64,000 nucleotides of DNA from Halorarum halobium. Its GTDB lineage: Archaea > Halobacteriota > Halobacteria > Halobacteriales > Haloferacaceae. Every line of letters begins with the position of its first letter. Positions within the stretch are counted from its first letter, which is position 1. Positions 20,144-30,018 of this stretch are shown in pieces. The notes beneath the pieces are model-generated. The model did not search any database and was not told where the DNA came from. It was given only the letters and a program-made list of their open reading frames with translations. Both the position numbers and the translations under genes were made by a program. The stretch spans positions 310,001 to 374,000 of the forward strand of contig NZ_CP134949.1 in assembly GCF_032116555.1 (NCBI RefSeq), read 5' to 3'.

Positions 20144-20304
20144 GACTCTCCCTCCCGGCCGTACGTCACCGCCGCGAGCGTCACGCCCGCGAGCAGGCCG
20201 GCGATGCTGGCCTCGCGGCCGGGGTAGGACGCGACCGTCCCGGCGACGTAGCCGACCAGCGAGAGGCCCGTGAGGCCGAGCGACGCGAGGAACGTCCGGT
20301 TCAT
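20140..20304 (-). CDS. Small two-TM membrane protein (54 aa), coupled to corA; not in the ORF track
   Basis: MNRTFLASLGLTGLSLVGYVAGTVASYPGREASIAGLLAGVTLAAVTYGREGES*; stop overlaps the corA start (GTGA). Confidence 0.7.
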   Translation of the reverse strand: MNRTFLASLGLTGLSLVGYVAGTVASYPGREASIAGLLAGVTLAAVTYGREGES

Positions 20305-20399
20305 GCGCTCGGCATGGGTTCGCTGGGTGGTAACCGTTCGGGCATTCTTCTGTGGTGGTGAGTTGTTGGTGCACTCGAGGTGTCCGATTCGGTGACGAC

Positions 20400-20580
20400 C
20401 AGCTCGAAAGCCCCCACCTGGGTACGCGAACCCCGGACCGCGCTGCGCTCCTCGGCTCGCTCCGCTCGCCTGCGCGTCTCGTCCCTCTCGCGCGTCCGCT
20501 CGCCCCTCCGGGGCTCGCCGTCACGCGCGCCGGACGGCTGGCCGGGCCTGCATCCTTCGGACTTCCGGGCAAAATTTGAC
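20400..20580. repeat. Probable haloarchaeal interspersed palindromic (REP/MITE-like) element
   Basis: GAAAGCCCC start, GCTCGCTCCGCTCGC core and 10/11-bp inverted repeat 20427-20437/20507-20517. Confidence 0.45.
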
Positions 20581-20605
20581 ACGCGTTCGGCACCTATCCC
20601 GACGC

Positions 20606-21019
20606 ATGCCCCCGAACGGCGACAGCGAACCGAGCCTCACCGAGACCGAGCGCGAGGCCCTCCACGACGCTCAACTCGGCATCGAGCACGTGTTCCGCGC
20701 GTACGGCGACCTGCTCGCCTGTCACCACCGCACGGGCCACGCGATGGAGAAGTTCGAGCGGGCCGAGTCGCTGCTCCGCGAGGCCGGCCACGACGAGTTC
20801 GCGAACGTCCTCCGGGACGAGTTGCTCCCGGCCGGCGCGGTGGAGGACGCCTGGACGTACGAACTCGTGGAGGCGTTCCGCGAGGGGTTCGTCGACGAGA
20901 TGGAGGCGTTCGAGTCGGCGCTGCGGGCTGACCTCGCCGACGGGCGCTATCACGTCACCGAGCGGGACCAGCAGCGCCGGTGGCGACGGCGCGCCCGCTC
21001 GGACGACTGGGGCGAGTGA
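20606..21019 (+). CDS. Hypothetical protein
   Basis: Acidic helical ORF of 137 aa; CHHRTGHAM...WTYELVE; typical codon usage. Confidence 0.75.
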   Translation: MPPNGDSEPSLTETEREALHDAQLGIEHVFRAYGDLLACHHRTGHAMEKFERAESLLREAGHDEFANVLRDELLPAGAVEDAWTYELVEAFREGFVDEMEAFESALRADLADGRYHVTERDQQRRWRRRARSDDWGE

Positions 21020-21049
21020 GCCCGAACGACGCGGGAGAACTCGGGGACC

Positions 21050-21334
21050 TCAGTCGTCGTCGACGATGACCTCGACGGGGCCGTCCTCGGATCCGTCCGC
21101 CTCCGCGGACGCCGAACCCGCGTTGCGCTCCTGAAACAGGAGCGCGCCCGCGACCACGAGTACGGCCCACGAGCGCCAGTTCGCCAGGTTCAGCGTGTAG
21201 CCGATGCCGAACGGCTTCTCCACGAGCATGCCCTCCCCGGGCTGCCAGTACGACGAGAGGAGCCGGCGGATGCTCGGCCGCTCGAAGTTGTACGGGACGC
21301 CGAACAGGTCGCCGGACTCGGGCTTGTCAGCCAT
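21050..21334 (-). CDS. DUF5808-like small membrane protein
   Basis: MADKPESGDLFGVPYNFERP...LVEKPFGIGYTLNLAN followed by a TM helix. Confidence 0.8.
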   Translation of the reverse strand: MADKPESGDLFGVPYNFERPSIRRLLSSYWQPGEGMLVEKPFGIGYTLNLANWRSWAVLVVAGALLFQERNAGSASAEADGSEDGPVEVIVDDD

Positions 21335-21393
21335 GTAGCGGGATAACGGCGGCGGGTGATAAATCGTTTTGGCCGCGGTCGGCACCGACGCCG

Positions 21394-22233
21394 TCAGTCG
21401 CCCGCCTCCCGTGCCGACTCGCGCACGAGGGCCGCGGTGGCATCGTCCTCGCCCCGATAGACGTCCCCGTTCAGCCGGACCACGAAGTCGTCGTCGACGA
21501 GCAGGTCGACGACCTCCGCCGTCGAGTGGACGTGAGCCTGCGGCATGGGGGTACCGACGAGGTGGTAGCTGTCGTCGGGGTTCTCGTTCCGGACGCGCGT
21601 CACGCTCCCCGGCGAGAACGGCCCGACGGGCCGGACCGTCCGGACGACCACGTGGTCGTCCTCCGTCCGCGAGCGGACGTCGAGTTCGATCGGGCCGAGC
21701 CCGTGTTCCCGGCGCACGAGCACCGTCCCCGGTGCCCCGAACGCCCGGCGCTCGGGCGGCAGGTCCGCGAGCGCCGCGCTCCGTTCGAGGCCGTGACCGA
21801 GGAGGAGCATCGACGCGCCCCGGCCGAGCGCCGCGACCGTCGGGCGTCGGCCGAACGAGAGCCCGGCGACGAGCCCGGACGCCACCAGCCGGCGCTCCTG
21901 CTCGGGGGCGAGCGGCGCGCCGGCCAGCACGACGGGCGGACACCGCTCGGCGGCGAGCGCCGCCACGACGGCGTCCGGGACCGCCCCGTCCCCGGCCGGT
22001 TCGTAGTAGAGCGCGTCCGGGGCGTCCGATCCCGCCGCGAGCAGCGTCGTGAGCGCGACGGCGTCGTCGACGGGGAACCGGAACGACTCCGTCGCGGCCG
22101 GGGTGAACTCGGCGAGATCCGGGACGGTGAGTCGAAGCCGCTGGGACTCGAGCTCGTCCCTGACCTCGAGCGTCCCGTCCTCGCCGGTCGCGACGAAGGA
22201 GATCAGCTCCCCGTGCTCACCCGCATCTGTCAC
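21394..22233 (-). CDS. Hypothetical protein, possibly an internally deleted member of a larger haloarchaeal family (start uncertain)
   Basis: Open frame containing LEVRD...FRFPVDDAV; GTG start candidate at 22233 (ORF-track start 22326). Confidence 0.5.
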   Translation of the reverse strand: MTDAGEHGELISFVATGEDGTLEVRDELESQRLRLTVPDLAEFTPAATESFRFPVDDAVALTTLLAAGSDAPDALYYEPAGDGAVPDAVVAALAAERCPPVVLAGAPLAPEQERRLVASGLVAGLSFGRRPTVAALGRGASMLLLGHGLERSAALADLPPERRAFGAPGTVLVRREHGLGPIELDVRSRTEDDHVVVRTVRPVGPFSPGSVTRVRNENPDDSYHLVGTPMPQAHVHSTAEVVDLLVDDDFVVRLNGDVYRGEDDATAALVRESAREAGD

Positions 22234-22924
22234 GGAGCGAAAGGGGGTCGGAGCGAACGTCAACCCGTCGGCCGGGTGGAAAATCCCCGGGTACAGCATC
22301 GGGCAGTGTCCCGCGTCGAACGTCACATCGGGCGCTCGTTCCGGTGATCGCCGGTGACCCGTCTCCTCGCCGACGCGGGATCGGTCCGAGGTCGTCGGAG
22401 ACGGACGAGACGGAGCGAGGACGGCTGCCGTCGACGAGCAGGACGGGGGCCGGGATGATCATGGAGACGAGTCGGAATCGGAACGCACGCTCCGCTCCCA
22501 AAGCCCGATTCGTCGGCGGCGACGTGCCGGTGTTCGCCGGTCGCCGGGGACGTTCGAAACATCAGATATCATCTGATACGAAGAACCACTACGAGAACAT
22601 TCACGTTTCAATTGATATCTATACTTTTAATCTAGAATATAAGTTTGGATAATTCTGATTATATCGGGAATTCACTACAAATCCACATAAATACTGCAAT
22701 ATGAGGTCTATCATTTGGAGATGAAGAATCACCACATGAATACACCAGCTCTACTTTATAATAGAGTTTTAGATATCTCCTACGAATGTTCCGTTACAGG
22801 GATAGGAGTGTAATTTCCTCTCCCTGGACCACGGGGGCGCCCTCCAGTCGGCGGGATGGTCCCGCGAACTGGTCGGCGAGGGCTTCCGCGATCAGTCGAC
22901 TTGTTCCGTCATACCGGACGCGGG

Positions 22925-23686
22925 TCATGAGTACGCCAGGTTCACCTCGATCACGTTGGCGACCTGCGTGACCCGGTCGGCGAGTTCGTTCTCCAATCGC
23001 CCCGACTGCATCCGGTTTTTCGGCCCCGAGATGCTGAGCGCGCCGAGCGCGTACTCATCGTCGTCGGTGATGGGAGCGGCGACACAGCAGAGTCCCTTGA
23101 GCCGCTCCTCCCGGTCGAGCGCGAACCCGCGGTCCCGGACCGCGTCGAGGCGGTCGAGCAGCTCCTCCCGCGTCCCGACCGTGTTCTCGGTCTCCCGCGG
23201 GAGGCCGTGTCGCTCGATCACCTCGTCGACGAAGGATTCGGGCCGGTTGGCCAGGATGACCTTGCCGACCGCGGTCGAGTGCAGGTGCTCCCGCTTTCCC
23301 AGGAAGGAGTCGAGGTTGACCGCGTTCTCGCCCCGCTTGAGGTCGAGATACACCCCCTTGCCCCGCTCCTCGGTGACTAGGTTCACCAGTTCGCCGGTGT
23401 GGGCCGCCAGCTCCCGGAGCTCCGGGCGTGCGAACTCGTACAGGCTCATGTTGTCCCGCCGGTGCCCGCCGTGGTGGAGGAACTTCAGCCCCATCCGGTA
23501 CTCGCCGTCATCCTTGATCACGTAGCCCGCGTCCACCATCGTCGTGAGGTGATCGTGGACGGTGCTCTTGGCGACGCCCGTCTCGGTCGCCAGTTCGGTG
23601 ACGCCGGCGCGGCCGAGCCGTTCGAGGGCTTCGAAGATCCGAAACCCGGTTTCGAGCGATTTGACCCGCGAGGAACGTCCTGTCAT
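22925..23686 (-). CDS. IclR family transcriptional regulator
   Basis: HTH GVTELATETGVAKSTVHDHL; HSTAVGKVILA; GLCCVAAPI; ALSISGP. Confidence 0.95.
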   Translation of the reverse strand: MTGRSSRVKSLETGFRIFEALERLGRAGVTELATETGVAKSTVHDHLTTMVDAGYVIKDDGEYRMGLKFLHHGGHRRDNMSLYEFARPELRELAAHTGELVNLVTEERGKGVYLDLKRGENAVNLDSFLGKREHLHSTAVGKVILANRPESFVDEVIERHGLPRETENTVGTREELLDRLDAVRDRGFALDREERLKGLCCVAAPITDDDEYALGALSISGPKNRMQSGRLENELADRVTQVANVIEVNLAYS

Positions 23687-23722
23687 GTGTTATCTCGTCC
23701 CGGGGGCGGCTTCCCCTTAACT

Positions 23723-23867
23723 GTTCCGCAGGGCCGGACGCGACCGTCCCGGCGAGCGCCGCCGATTTCCCCGAAACCACCGGACGAAGCGGTGGGTCCG
23801 TGGTTTTTCGAACCGTTCCCCGTGGGCTTCCTCCACTGGGCGGGTCTTCCGTCCGGCATCGCGGAAC
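23723..23867. promoter_or_regulatory. Candidate operator pair in the divergent iclR/ridA promoter region
   Basis: GTTCCGCAGGGCCGGAC (23723-23739, +) and GTTCCGCGATGCCGGAC (23851-23867, -) match at 14/17 positions; TTAAG boxes lie on either side. Confidence 0.45.
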
Positions 23868-23936
23868 GCGGGTTCGGACTGACCGACCGCCGGGCCCGGG
23901 GGGAGCCGTTAAGTAGCAGTCGGCGAATCCTGGTCC

Positions 23937-24314
23937 ATGGAGCGAGTCCAGTCACGGGCGGCAGAGAGCGACCTCCCCTTCTCGGAGGCGATCCGACACG
24001 GGGACACCGTCTACGTCTCGGGGCAGGGACCCCTCGACGTCGAGACGGGCGAGATAGTCGGCGAGACGCCAGGCGAGCAGACGGACCGGACGCTCGACAA
24101 CGTCGAACGGATCCTGCACGCCGGCGGCTCCTCGCTGGATTCGGTGCTCAAGGCGACGGTGTATCTCGACGACATCGAGCACTACGACCGCGTCAACGAG
24201 GCGTACGGGGCGAGACTCTCCCGGCCGTTCCCCGCGCGGACGGCGATGGAGGTGGTGAACCTGCCCGTCGAGATCATGGTCGAGATCGACGTCATCGCCG
24301 CGGTCGAGGAGTGA
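23937..24314 (+). CDS. RidA/YjgF family enamine/imine deaminase
   Basis: PFSEAI, YVSGQGP, VNEAYG, FPARTA with the catalytic Arg, VEIDVIA. Confidence 0.93.
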   Translation: MERVQSRAAESDLPFSEAIRHGDTVYVSGQGPLDVETGEIVGETPGEQTDRTLDNVERILHAGGSSLDSVLKATVYLDDIEHYDRVNEAYGARLSRPFPARTAMEVVNLPVEIMVEIDVIAAVEE

Positions 24315-24350
24315 GCGCAACCGAGCGTCGAAGGTGCGTCCCCGCGGGCG

Positions 24351-25889
24351 TTACGTCCAGTCGGGGTAGGCGTCCTCGGCCATCTCGTCCAGCGGGAAGA
24401 GCGGCCGCGGGATCCGCGAGTAGTCGAACCGGGCCGGGTTCACGGCGCTCGTGCCGGGCGTGTCGATGAGGATCACCTCGCTCGACATCGGACCGTAGTC
24501 CCCGAGGAACGCGATCAGGCTCGGGATGCAGATCATCGAGAGCCGTTCGGGCGGCTGCCCGACGTGGCGCCAGATCTCCGCGTCGAACGCCGAGGCCCGC
24601 GTTTTCGCCAGCACCACCGTGACCGAGTCGTCCCGGCCACACTGGAACCGGACCGTCGTGCCGACGTGGTTTCGCACTCCCTTCCCCGAGTGGGAGGTGC
24701 CCGTGTTCACGTATTCGCCGTCCGTAATCGCCTTGACGTAGCCGTCGACGTCCGCGATCGGCTCGCCGTGGCGGTCGTCGGACTTGCCCCCGATCGTCGT
24801 GGTGACCCGGTTGCCGACGCCGGCCGCGAGGCAGTCGTCGACGGCCTCCGGGTCGTACATGATGGCCCAGCCCGCGTCCTCGACGCCCTGGTCGAGCATC
24901 TCTCGGAGGACGGTCGTCCCGTTGGACGCGCCGCCGCCGCCGGGGTTGGACCCGAACTCCGCCATGACGATCGGCCCGTCCTCGGGGCCGTGGTCGGCGG
25001 CGAGCTCCCGGGCCTTCCGGATCGCTTCCGGCGGTTTCGGGTACTCCTCGACGAACTCCTCGCGCATCTCCCAGGCGAGTTCCGCCATCTCGCGTGACAC
25101 CTCGCGTGCCAGGTCCGGGTCGTCGTCGGTGACCACGGGGACGGTAAAGCCCATCTCCGGGATGTCGGCGTGGTAGAACCCGGGGAGGACGTTCACCTTG
25201 AGGACGCCGTCGCGTCCTTCGAGTTCCCTCGCGCGGGCCATCACCTCCGCCATCGGCCCCTCGGGCGTGTACGCCTTCGGCTGGTAGGCGATGATGGGCG
25301 GCCGTTCGAGGTGCATCGTCGGCGAGACGTCACCCTCGATGGCGCGGACGAGGAGTCGCATCCCCCTGCGACCCGTCTCCGCCTTGTCCAGGTGGGGGTA
25401 CGTCTCGTAGGCGACCAGCGCGTCCGCGGCCGCGACCATCCGCTCGGAGACGTTGGCGTGGAGGTCGAGCGTCACCACGATGGGGACCTCCGCTCCCACC
25501 ACGTCCCGGACCGCCTCGACGAGCGGTCCTTCGCCGTCCGTGTGCGTCTCCGAGACCATCGCGCCGTGGAGCGGCAGGACGACCCCGTCGAGGTCGTCCC
25601 CGTGCTCGCGGGCGCCCGCCAGGATGCGGTCGCTGTAGAACTCGTACGTCTCATCCTCGACGACCCCGCCCGGGGTCGCGAAGGCCGAGACGGTGTGAAC
25701 GAGGTCGACGCCCGCCTCGTCGGCAACGTCGATGACACCGCCGACCGCGGTTTCGGTGCCGCGCAGGTTCTCCCGGACCCCCTCCGAGAGGTACTCCTGT
25801 CTCTTCTGGAAGTCGTCCCTGGTGACCGGTTCGGGGACGAACGTGTTCGTTTCGTGGGCGAACGCGCCGACGAGGACTGTGTGTGTCAT
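24351..25889 (-). CDS. M81 family metallopeptidase (MlrC-like)
   Basis: HETNTF, LHGAM, DGEG, LDLHAN, YETYPHLD, NPGGG. Confidence 0.92.
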   Translation of the reverse strand: MTHTVLVGAFAHETNTFVPEPVTRDDFQKRQEYLSEGVRENLRGTETAVGGVIDVADEAGVDLVHTVSAFATPGGVVEDETYEFYSDRILAGAREHGDDLDGVVLPLHGAMVSETHTDGEGPLVEAVRDVVGAEVPIVVTLDLHANVSERMVAAADALVAYETYPHLDKAETGRRGMRLLVRAIEGDVSPTMHLERPPIIAYQPKAYTPEGPMAEVMARARELEGRDGVLKVNVLPGFYHADIPEMGFTVPVVTDDDPDLAREVSREMAELAWEMREEFVEEYPKPPEAIRKARELAADHGPEDGPIVMAEFGSNPGGGGASNGTTVLREMLDQGVEDAGWAIMYDPEAVDDCLAAGVGNRVTTTIGGKSDDRHGEPIADVDGYVKAITDGEYVNTGTSHSGKGVRNHVGTTVRFQCGRDDSVTVVLAKTRASAFDAEIWRHVGQPPERLSMICIPSLIAFLGDYGPMSSEVILIDTPGTSAVNPARFDYSRIPRPLFPLDEMAEDAYPDWT

Positions 25890-25959
25890 TGACCCGGCGT
25901 TACGGAAAGGGCGAATCGTCCTAATATAGTTTCCCCCGGTCGGGCCGTCAGCCCGGAAG

Positions 25960-26020
25960 GCGTCGATTTCCGGAACGCATCGACCCCGGGACGCGTCGAT
26001 TCCCGGAAACCGTCGACCCT
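25960..26020. repeat. Two imperfect direct copies (33-bp period) of a hairpin-forming 28-mer
   Basis: GCGTCGATTTCCGGAACGCATCGACCCC and GCGTCGATTCCCGGAAACCGTCGACCCT, each bounded by GTCGA...TCGAC. Confidence 0.65.
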
Positions 26021-26031
26021 CGGCCGGGACG

Positions 26032-27435
26032 CTACACCTGCGTGATCGCTTCCTTGGCCGCCTCGAGCGCCTCGTCGATGTGGGCGTCCGTGTGGGCGTG
26101 CATCAGGTTGATGCGGCCGGTCTTCGGGGGGAGGAAGATGCCCTCTCCGATCATGGCGCTCGCGAACCGCTCGTACGGCTCCTCCTCGGTGTGCGGGGCG
26201 AGGTCCCGCCACTCGCGCCACTCCGCCGGGTCGCTCTCGCCGTCCGTGAAGTGGACGTAGAAGAAGCCGCCGAACTCGGGGACGAACACGTCGTGGCCGG
26301 CGTCGCCGATGATCTCGCGGAGCCCCCCGGTCAGTCGCTCGCCCCGCTCGTACAGGTCGGCGTAGCCGCTTTCGCCCGTCTCCTGCAGCAGTTCGAGGTT
26401 TGCGTGCGCGGCGGCGACGACGAGCGGGTTCCCGGAGAACGTCCCCATGAACGTCGCCCTGTCCGACCCCGCCTCGAGGAACCGCATCACGTCCTCCCGC
26501 CCGGTCAGCGCCGCACAGGGGTAGCCGTTCGCCATCGCCTTGCCGAACACCGCGAGGTCGGGGTCGACGTCGAAGTAGCCCTGCGCGCCCTGGAGGCCCA
26601 TCCGGAACCCGGTCACCACCTCGTCGAGGATGAGCAGCACGTCGTGCTCGCGGGTCAGCCGCCGGAGGTCCGCGAGGTAGCCGTCGTCCGGCCAGAGCAG
26701 GCCGCTGTTGCTCATGACGGCCTCGGTCACCACCGCGGCGATCTCGTCGCCGTCCCGTTCGAGTTTCTGTTCCAGCAGTGCGGCGTCGTTCCACGGGATC
26801 GACTCGACCGTCTCCATCGTCGCCCGCGGGACTCCCGTCGTCTCGGGGATCCGCGTCGGGTTCGACCGCGTCCCGAGGCTCTCCACGTCGGGGTGGACGT
26901 TGACGAGCGCGTAGTCCGTGTGCCCGTGGTACATCCCCTCGAACTTGAGGACCTTCTCCTTACCCGTGTAGGCGCGTGCGAGCCTGAGCGCGCTCATGAT
27001 CCCCTCCGTGCCCGTGCTGATGAACTTGGTCAGGTCGCTGGCCGGGACCATGTCGTTGAGCAGTTCCGCGGCCTCGAGTTCCCGCTCGTACGTCGTCGCG
27101 AAGTACGCGCCGCGGTCGACCTGCCGTTTCACCGCCGCCCGCTGGGCCGCCGGCCCGTGGCCGTTGATGATCGAGGAGACGCCACAGTGGAAGTCGAGAT
27201 ACGTGTTCCCGTCGACGTCGGTGAGTTCGGCGCCGTCGCCCTCCCGCATGTAGATCATCGGGTACGGGGCGTACGAGCTCTTGCCCCGGTAGTTCGACGA
27301 CGTGGCTTCGGGGAGCTCCCCGTCGGCCGCCCGCTGGAGCGCCAGGGACCGGGAAAACTCGTCCAGCCCCCGGGCCCCGTACGGCTCGTGCTCCGCTCTG
27401 GATACTGATGGCTCCCGTGCCGAGTGCTTACCCAT
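26032..27435 (-). CDS. Class III PLP aminotransferase (glutamate-1-semialdehyde aminomutase-like)
   Basis: DVDGNTYLDF, STGTEG, KFEGMYHG, LILDEVVTGFR, FGKAMANGYP with the PLP lysine, GTFSGNP. Confidence 0.92.
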   Translation of the reverse strand: MGKHSAREPSVSRAEHEPYGARGLDEFSRSLALQRAADGELPEATSSNYRGKSSYAPYPMIYMREGDGAELTDVDGNTYLDFHCGVSSIINGHGPAAQRAAVKRQVDRGAYFATTYERELEAAELLNDMVPASDLTKFISTGTEGIMSALRLARAYTGKEKVLKFEGMYHGHTDYALVNVHPDVESLGTRSNPTRIPETTGVPRATMETVESIPWNDAALLEQKLERDGDEIAAVVTEAVMSNSGLLWPDDGYLADLRRLTREHDVLLILDEVVTGFRMGLQGAQGYFDVDPDLAVFGKAMANGYPCAALTGREDVMRFLEAGSDRATFMGTFSGNPLVVAAAHANLELLQETGESGYADLYERGERLTGGLREIIGDAGHDVFVPEFGGFFYVHFTDGESDPAEWREWRDLAPHTEEEPYERFASAMIGEGIFLPPKTGRINLMHAHTDAHIDEALEAAKEAITQV

Positions 27436-27679
27436 GGACAACCGTTACCAAGGACGTTAATAAAAATTCCGCAGCCAGCAACGACCCTCGGCGGTCGAGA
27501 GTGACGTTCGACCACTTATTCACGATTTAGCGCACATTCGTCAAGTTTTCTACGCCGCGACTGTGGATCGTTCGACGATCGCCCCGCGAACGGCGAACGC
27601 CGCAGATACCGGACGCCGGGCGTGGCCCGACACCGGAGGACGGGTAAACCCTTTTGTCGTCGCTGGGAGAGTGCCAGCC

Positions 27680-28486
27680 ATGGAGCCCGACGTTACCGCG
27701 ACCGGCCGTACCGCCTGGGGGAGCCACACCGCCGGGGAGATCCGGGAGATCGCCTCCCGGGACGGCTCGGTGCTCGTCGTCCCGGTCGGCAGCATGGAAC
27801 AGCACGGCGAGCACCTCCCCGTCTCGACCGACTCCGTCCTCGTCGCCGAGATCGCGGCGCTGGGCGCGGAACGCGTCGCTGACGACGTGCCGATCCTCGT
27901 CCTGCCGCCGCTGTGGAGCGGCTACTCGCCACACCATCTCTCGTTCGGCGGGACGGTCTCCCTGGAGTTCGACCACATGCACCGGGTGCTCGAAGACGTC
28001 GCGACCACGGCGCTCGAGAACGGGTTCGACGCGCTGCTCCTGTTGAACGGCCACGGCGGGAACGTCTCGCTCCTGAACGGGGCGGTCAGCACCATCGGCA
28101 CGGCACAGCCCGACGTCGAGGTGCTGGGACTGACGTACTTCCGGCTCGCGGCCGAGTTCGTCGGCGAGATCCGGGACAGCGAACTCGGGGGGATGGGCCA
28201 CGGCGGCGAGTTCGAGACGTCGCTCATGCTGTACCTGCGGGAGGAACTCGTCGGCGACGGCGACCGCCCGGCGACCGAGATGGACGAGCCGTACGAAACG
28301 GGGATCAGCGACATGTTCGAGGGCGGCCCGCTCGCGGTGTACCGCGGGTTCGAGGAGTACTCCGCCAGCGGTGCGATCGGCCGCCCGGACCTCGCCTCGG
28401 CCGAGAAGGGCGAGCGACTGTACGACCGGCTCGGCGACGAACTCGAGTCGGTGCTGCGCGACGTCCACGACAGAAACCGGTCGTAG
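27680..28486 (+). CDS. Creatininase / cyclic amide hydrolase family protein
   Basis: PVGSMEQHGEHLPVSTD, GYSPHH, NGHGGN, HGGEFETS. Confidence 0.93.
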   Translation: MEPDVTATGRTAWGSHTAGEIREIASRDGSVLVVPVGSMEQHGEHLPVSTDSVLVAEIAALGAERVADDVPILVLPPLWSGYSPHHLSFGGTVSLEFDHMHRVLEDVATTALENGFDALLLLNGHGGNVSLLNGAVSTIGTAQPDVEVLGLTYFRLAAEFVGEIRDSELGGMGHGGEFETSLMLYLREELVGDGDRPATEMDEPYETGISDMFEGGPLAVYRGFEEYSASGAIGRPDLASAEKGERLYDRLGDELESVLRDVHDRNRS

Positions 28487-28530
28487 GCGACGGACGGCGA
28501 CGCTCCGGTCGGGGGCCGACGACGATCCGC

Positions 28531-30018
28531 CTACGACTGCCGGTCGGCTCCGACGTTCACGGTGACGTTCTTCACCTGGCTCATCTCGTCGATCGTGTAG
28601 CGGCCGCCGATCCGGCCAACCCCGCTGTTCGTGCCCGAGTGTCCGCCGACCGGGGTGTGTGTCTCCCAGTGGGCGCTCCCCTCGTTGACGTTGACGAGCC
28701 CCGTCTCCAGCCGCTCGGCGAAGTAGTACATCGTCGAGATCGTCTCGGTGAACACGCCGCTCGAGAGGCCGAGGTCGACGTCGTTCGTGATCCGGATCGC
28801 CTCGTCGTACTCGCCGAACGTGATGATCGGCGCGATGGGGCCGAACGTCTCCCGCTCGTTGGTGAGCATCCCCGGAGTCACGCCGTCGAGCACCGTCGGC
28901 TCGTAGTACAGGTCGGTCGGCCGGTCGTCGTCGAGCGACCCGCCGTGGAGCAGGTCCGCACCCTGGGCGACCGCGTCATCGACGTGGTCGTGCATCTTCT
29001 CGGCGACGTCCCGGTTGTTGAGCGGCCCCATGTCGGTCGATTCGTCGAGCGGGTGGCCAAGCGAGACGTCCGCGGCGTGTGCGACGAGCAGGTCGCGGAA
29101 CTCCTCGTGGACGTCCTCGTGGACGAGGATTCGTTCGCTCGCCGTGCAGATCTGGCCGGCGTTGGTGAAACAGCCGTTCGCCACGGTCCGTGCGGCCCGC
29201 TCGACGTCGGCGTCGTCGAGGACGATCACGGGGCCGTTCCCGCCGAGTTCGAGCAGCGTCGGCTTCGCGCCCGCGTTCCGCGCAACGAGGTCGCCCGTCT
29301 CGGGGCTCCCGGTGAAGCCGACGGCGTCGGTGCCCGGGTCGGTGACGACGGCCTCGCCCACCACCGGCCCGTCGCCCGTGACGAGGTTCAGGGCCCCGTC
29401 GGGGAGCGACGTCCCGGCGAACGCCTCGACCAGTTTCACGGAGATGACCGACGTCGACGGCGCCGGCACCCAGACGACAGCGTTGCCGACCCCGAGTCCG
29501 GGGCCGAGATACTCGCTGGGGATCGTCACCGGGTAGTTCCAGGGCGTGATGACGCCGTACACCCCGTGGGGCTGTCGGATCGTGAAGATTCGCGTGTCGG
29601 GGTCCTCGGCGGGGATCGTCTCGCCGCCCGCCCGTTTGACGTTCTCGGCGGCGTCGCGGTACATCTCGGCCGCCAGTTCCAGTTCGACCCGCGCCTCGGC
29701 GAGCGGCTTGCCCTGGTCCGCGGAGAGCCAGCGGGCGAGCGAGTCGCGCTCCGCGTCGAGGGCCGCCGCGAGTTCGTGGACCATGTCCGCGCGCTCGAAC
29801 GCGGTCATCGACGCGAGTTCCGCCTGCGCCTCACCGGCGGCCGCGACCGCCTCGGCGACGTCCTCGGCCGTCCCCCTGGCGACCGACCCGATCGTGTCGC
29901 CCGTCGCGGGGCTTCTCGCCCGCTCCGTCTCGCTCGCGTCCCTCCACTCCCCGTCGATGTACAGTCCGTACTCCTCCACCGGGAGGTCGTACTCGGACGG
30001 TCGGCTGTTCGATCCCAT
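28531..30018 (-). CDS. NAD(P)-dependent aldehyde dehydrogenase
   Basis: ITPWNYP, FTGS, LELGGN, NAGQICTA with the catalytic Cys, ETFGP. Confidence 0.95.
   Translation of the reverse strand: MGSNSRPSEYDLPVEEYGLYIDGEWRDASETERARSPATGDTIGSVARGTAEDVAEAVAAAGEAQAELASMTAFERADMVHELAAALDAERDSLARWLSADQGKPLAEARVELELAAEMYRDAAENVKRAGGETIPAEDPDTRIFTIRQPHGVYGVITPWNYPVTIPSEYLGPGLGVGNAVVWVPAPSTSVISVKLVEAFAGTSLPDGALNLVTGDGPVVGEAVVTDPGTDAVGFTGSPETGDLVARNAGAKPTLLELGGNGPVIVLDDADVERAARTVANGCFTNAGQICTASERILVHEDVHEEFRDLLVAHAADVSLGHPLDESTDMGPLNNRDVAEKMHDHVDDAVAQGADLLHGGSLDDDRPTDLYYEPTVLDGVTPGMLTNERETFGPIAPIITFGEYDEAIRITNDVDLGLSSGVFTETISTMYYFAERLETGLVNVNEGSAHWETHTPVGGHSGTNSGVGRIGGRYTIDEMSQVKNVTVNVGADRQS

Noticed and set aside
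24351..25889. Microcystin degradation (mlr) cluster
   Set aside because: No mlrA/B/D are present, and M81 homologues are widespread with other substrates.
26032..27435. Assignment as hemL
   Set aside because: The fold is GSA-like, but the catabolic context and lack of hem genes argue for a different substrate.
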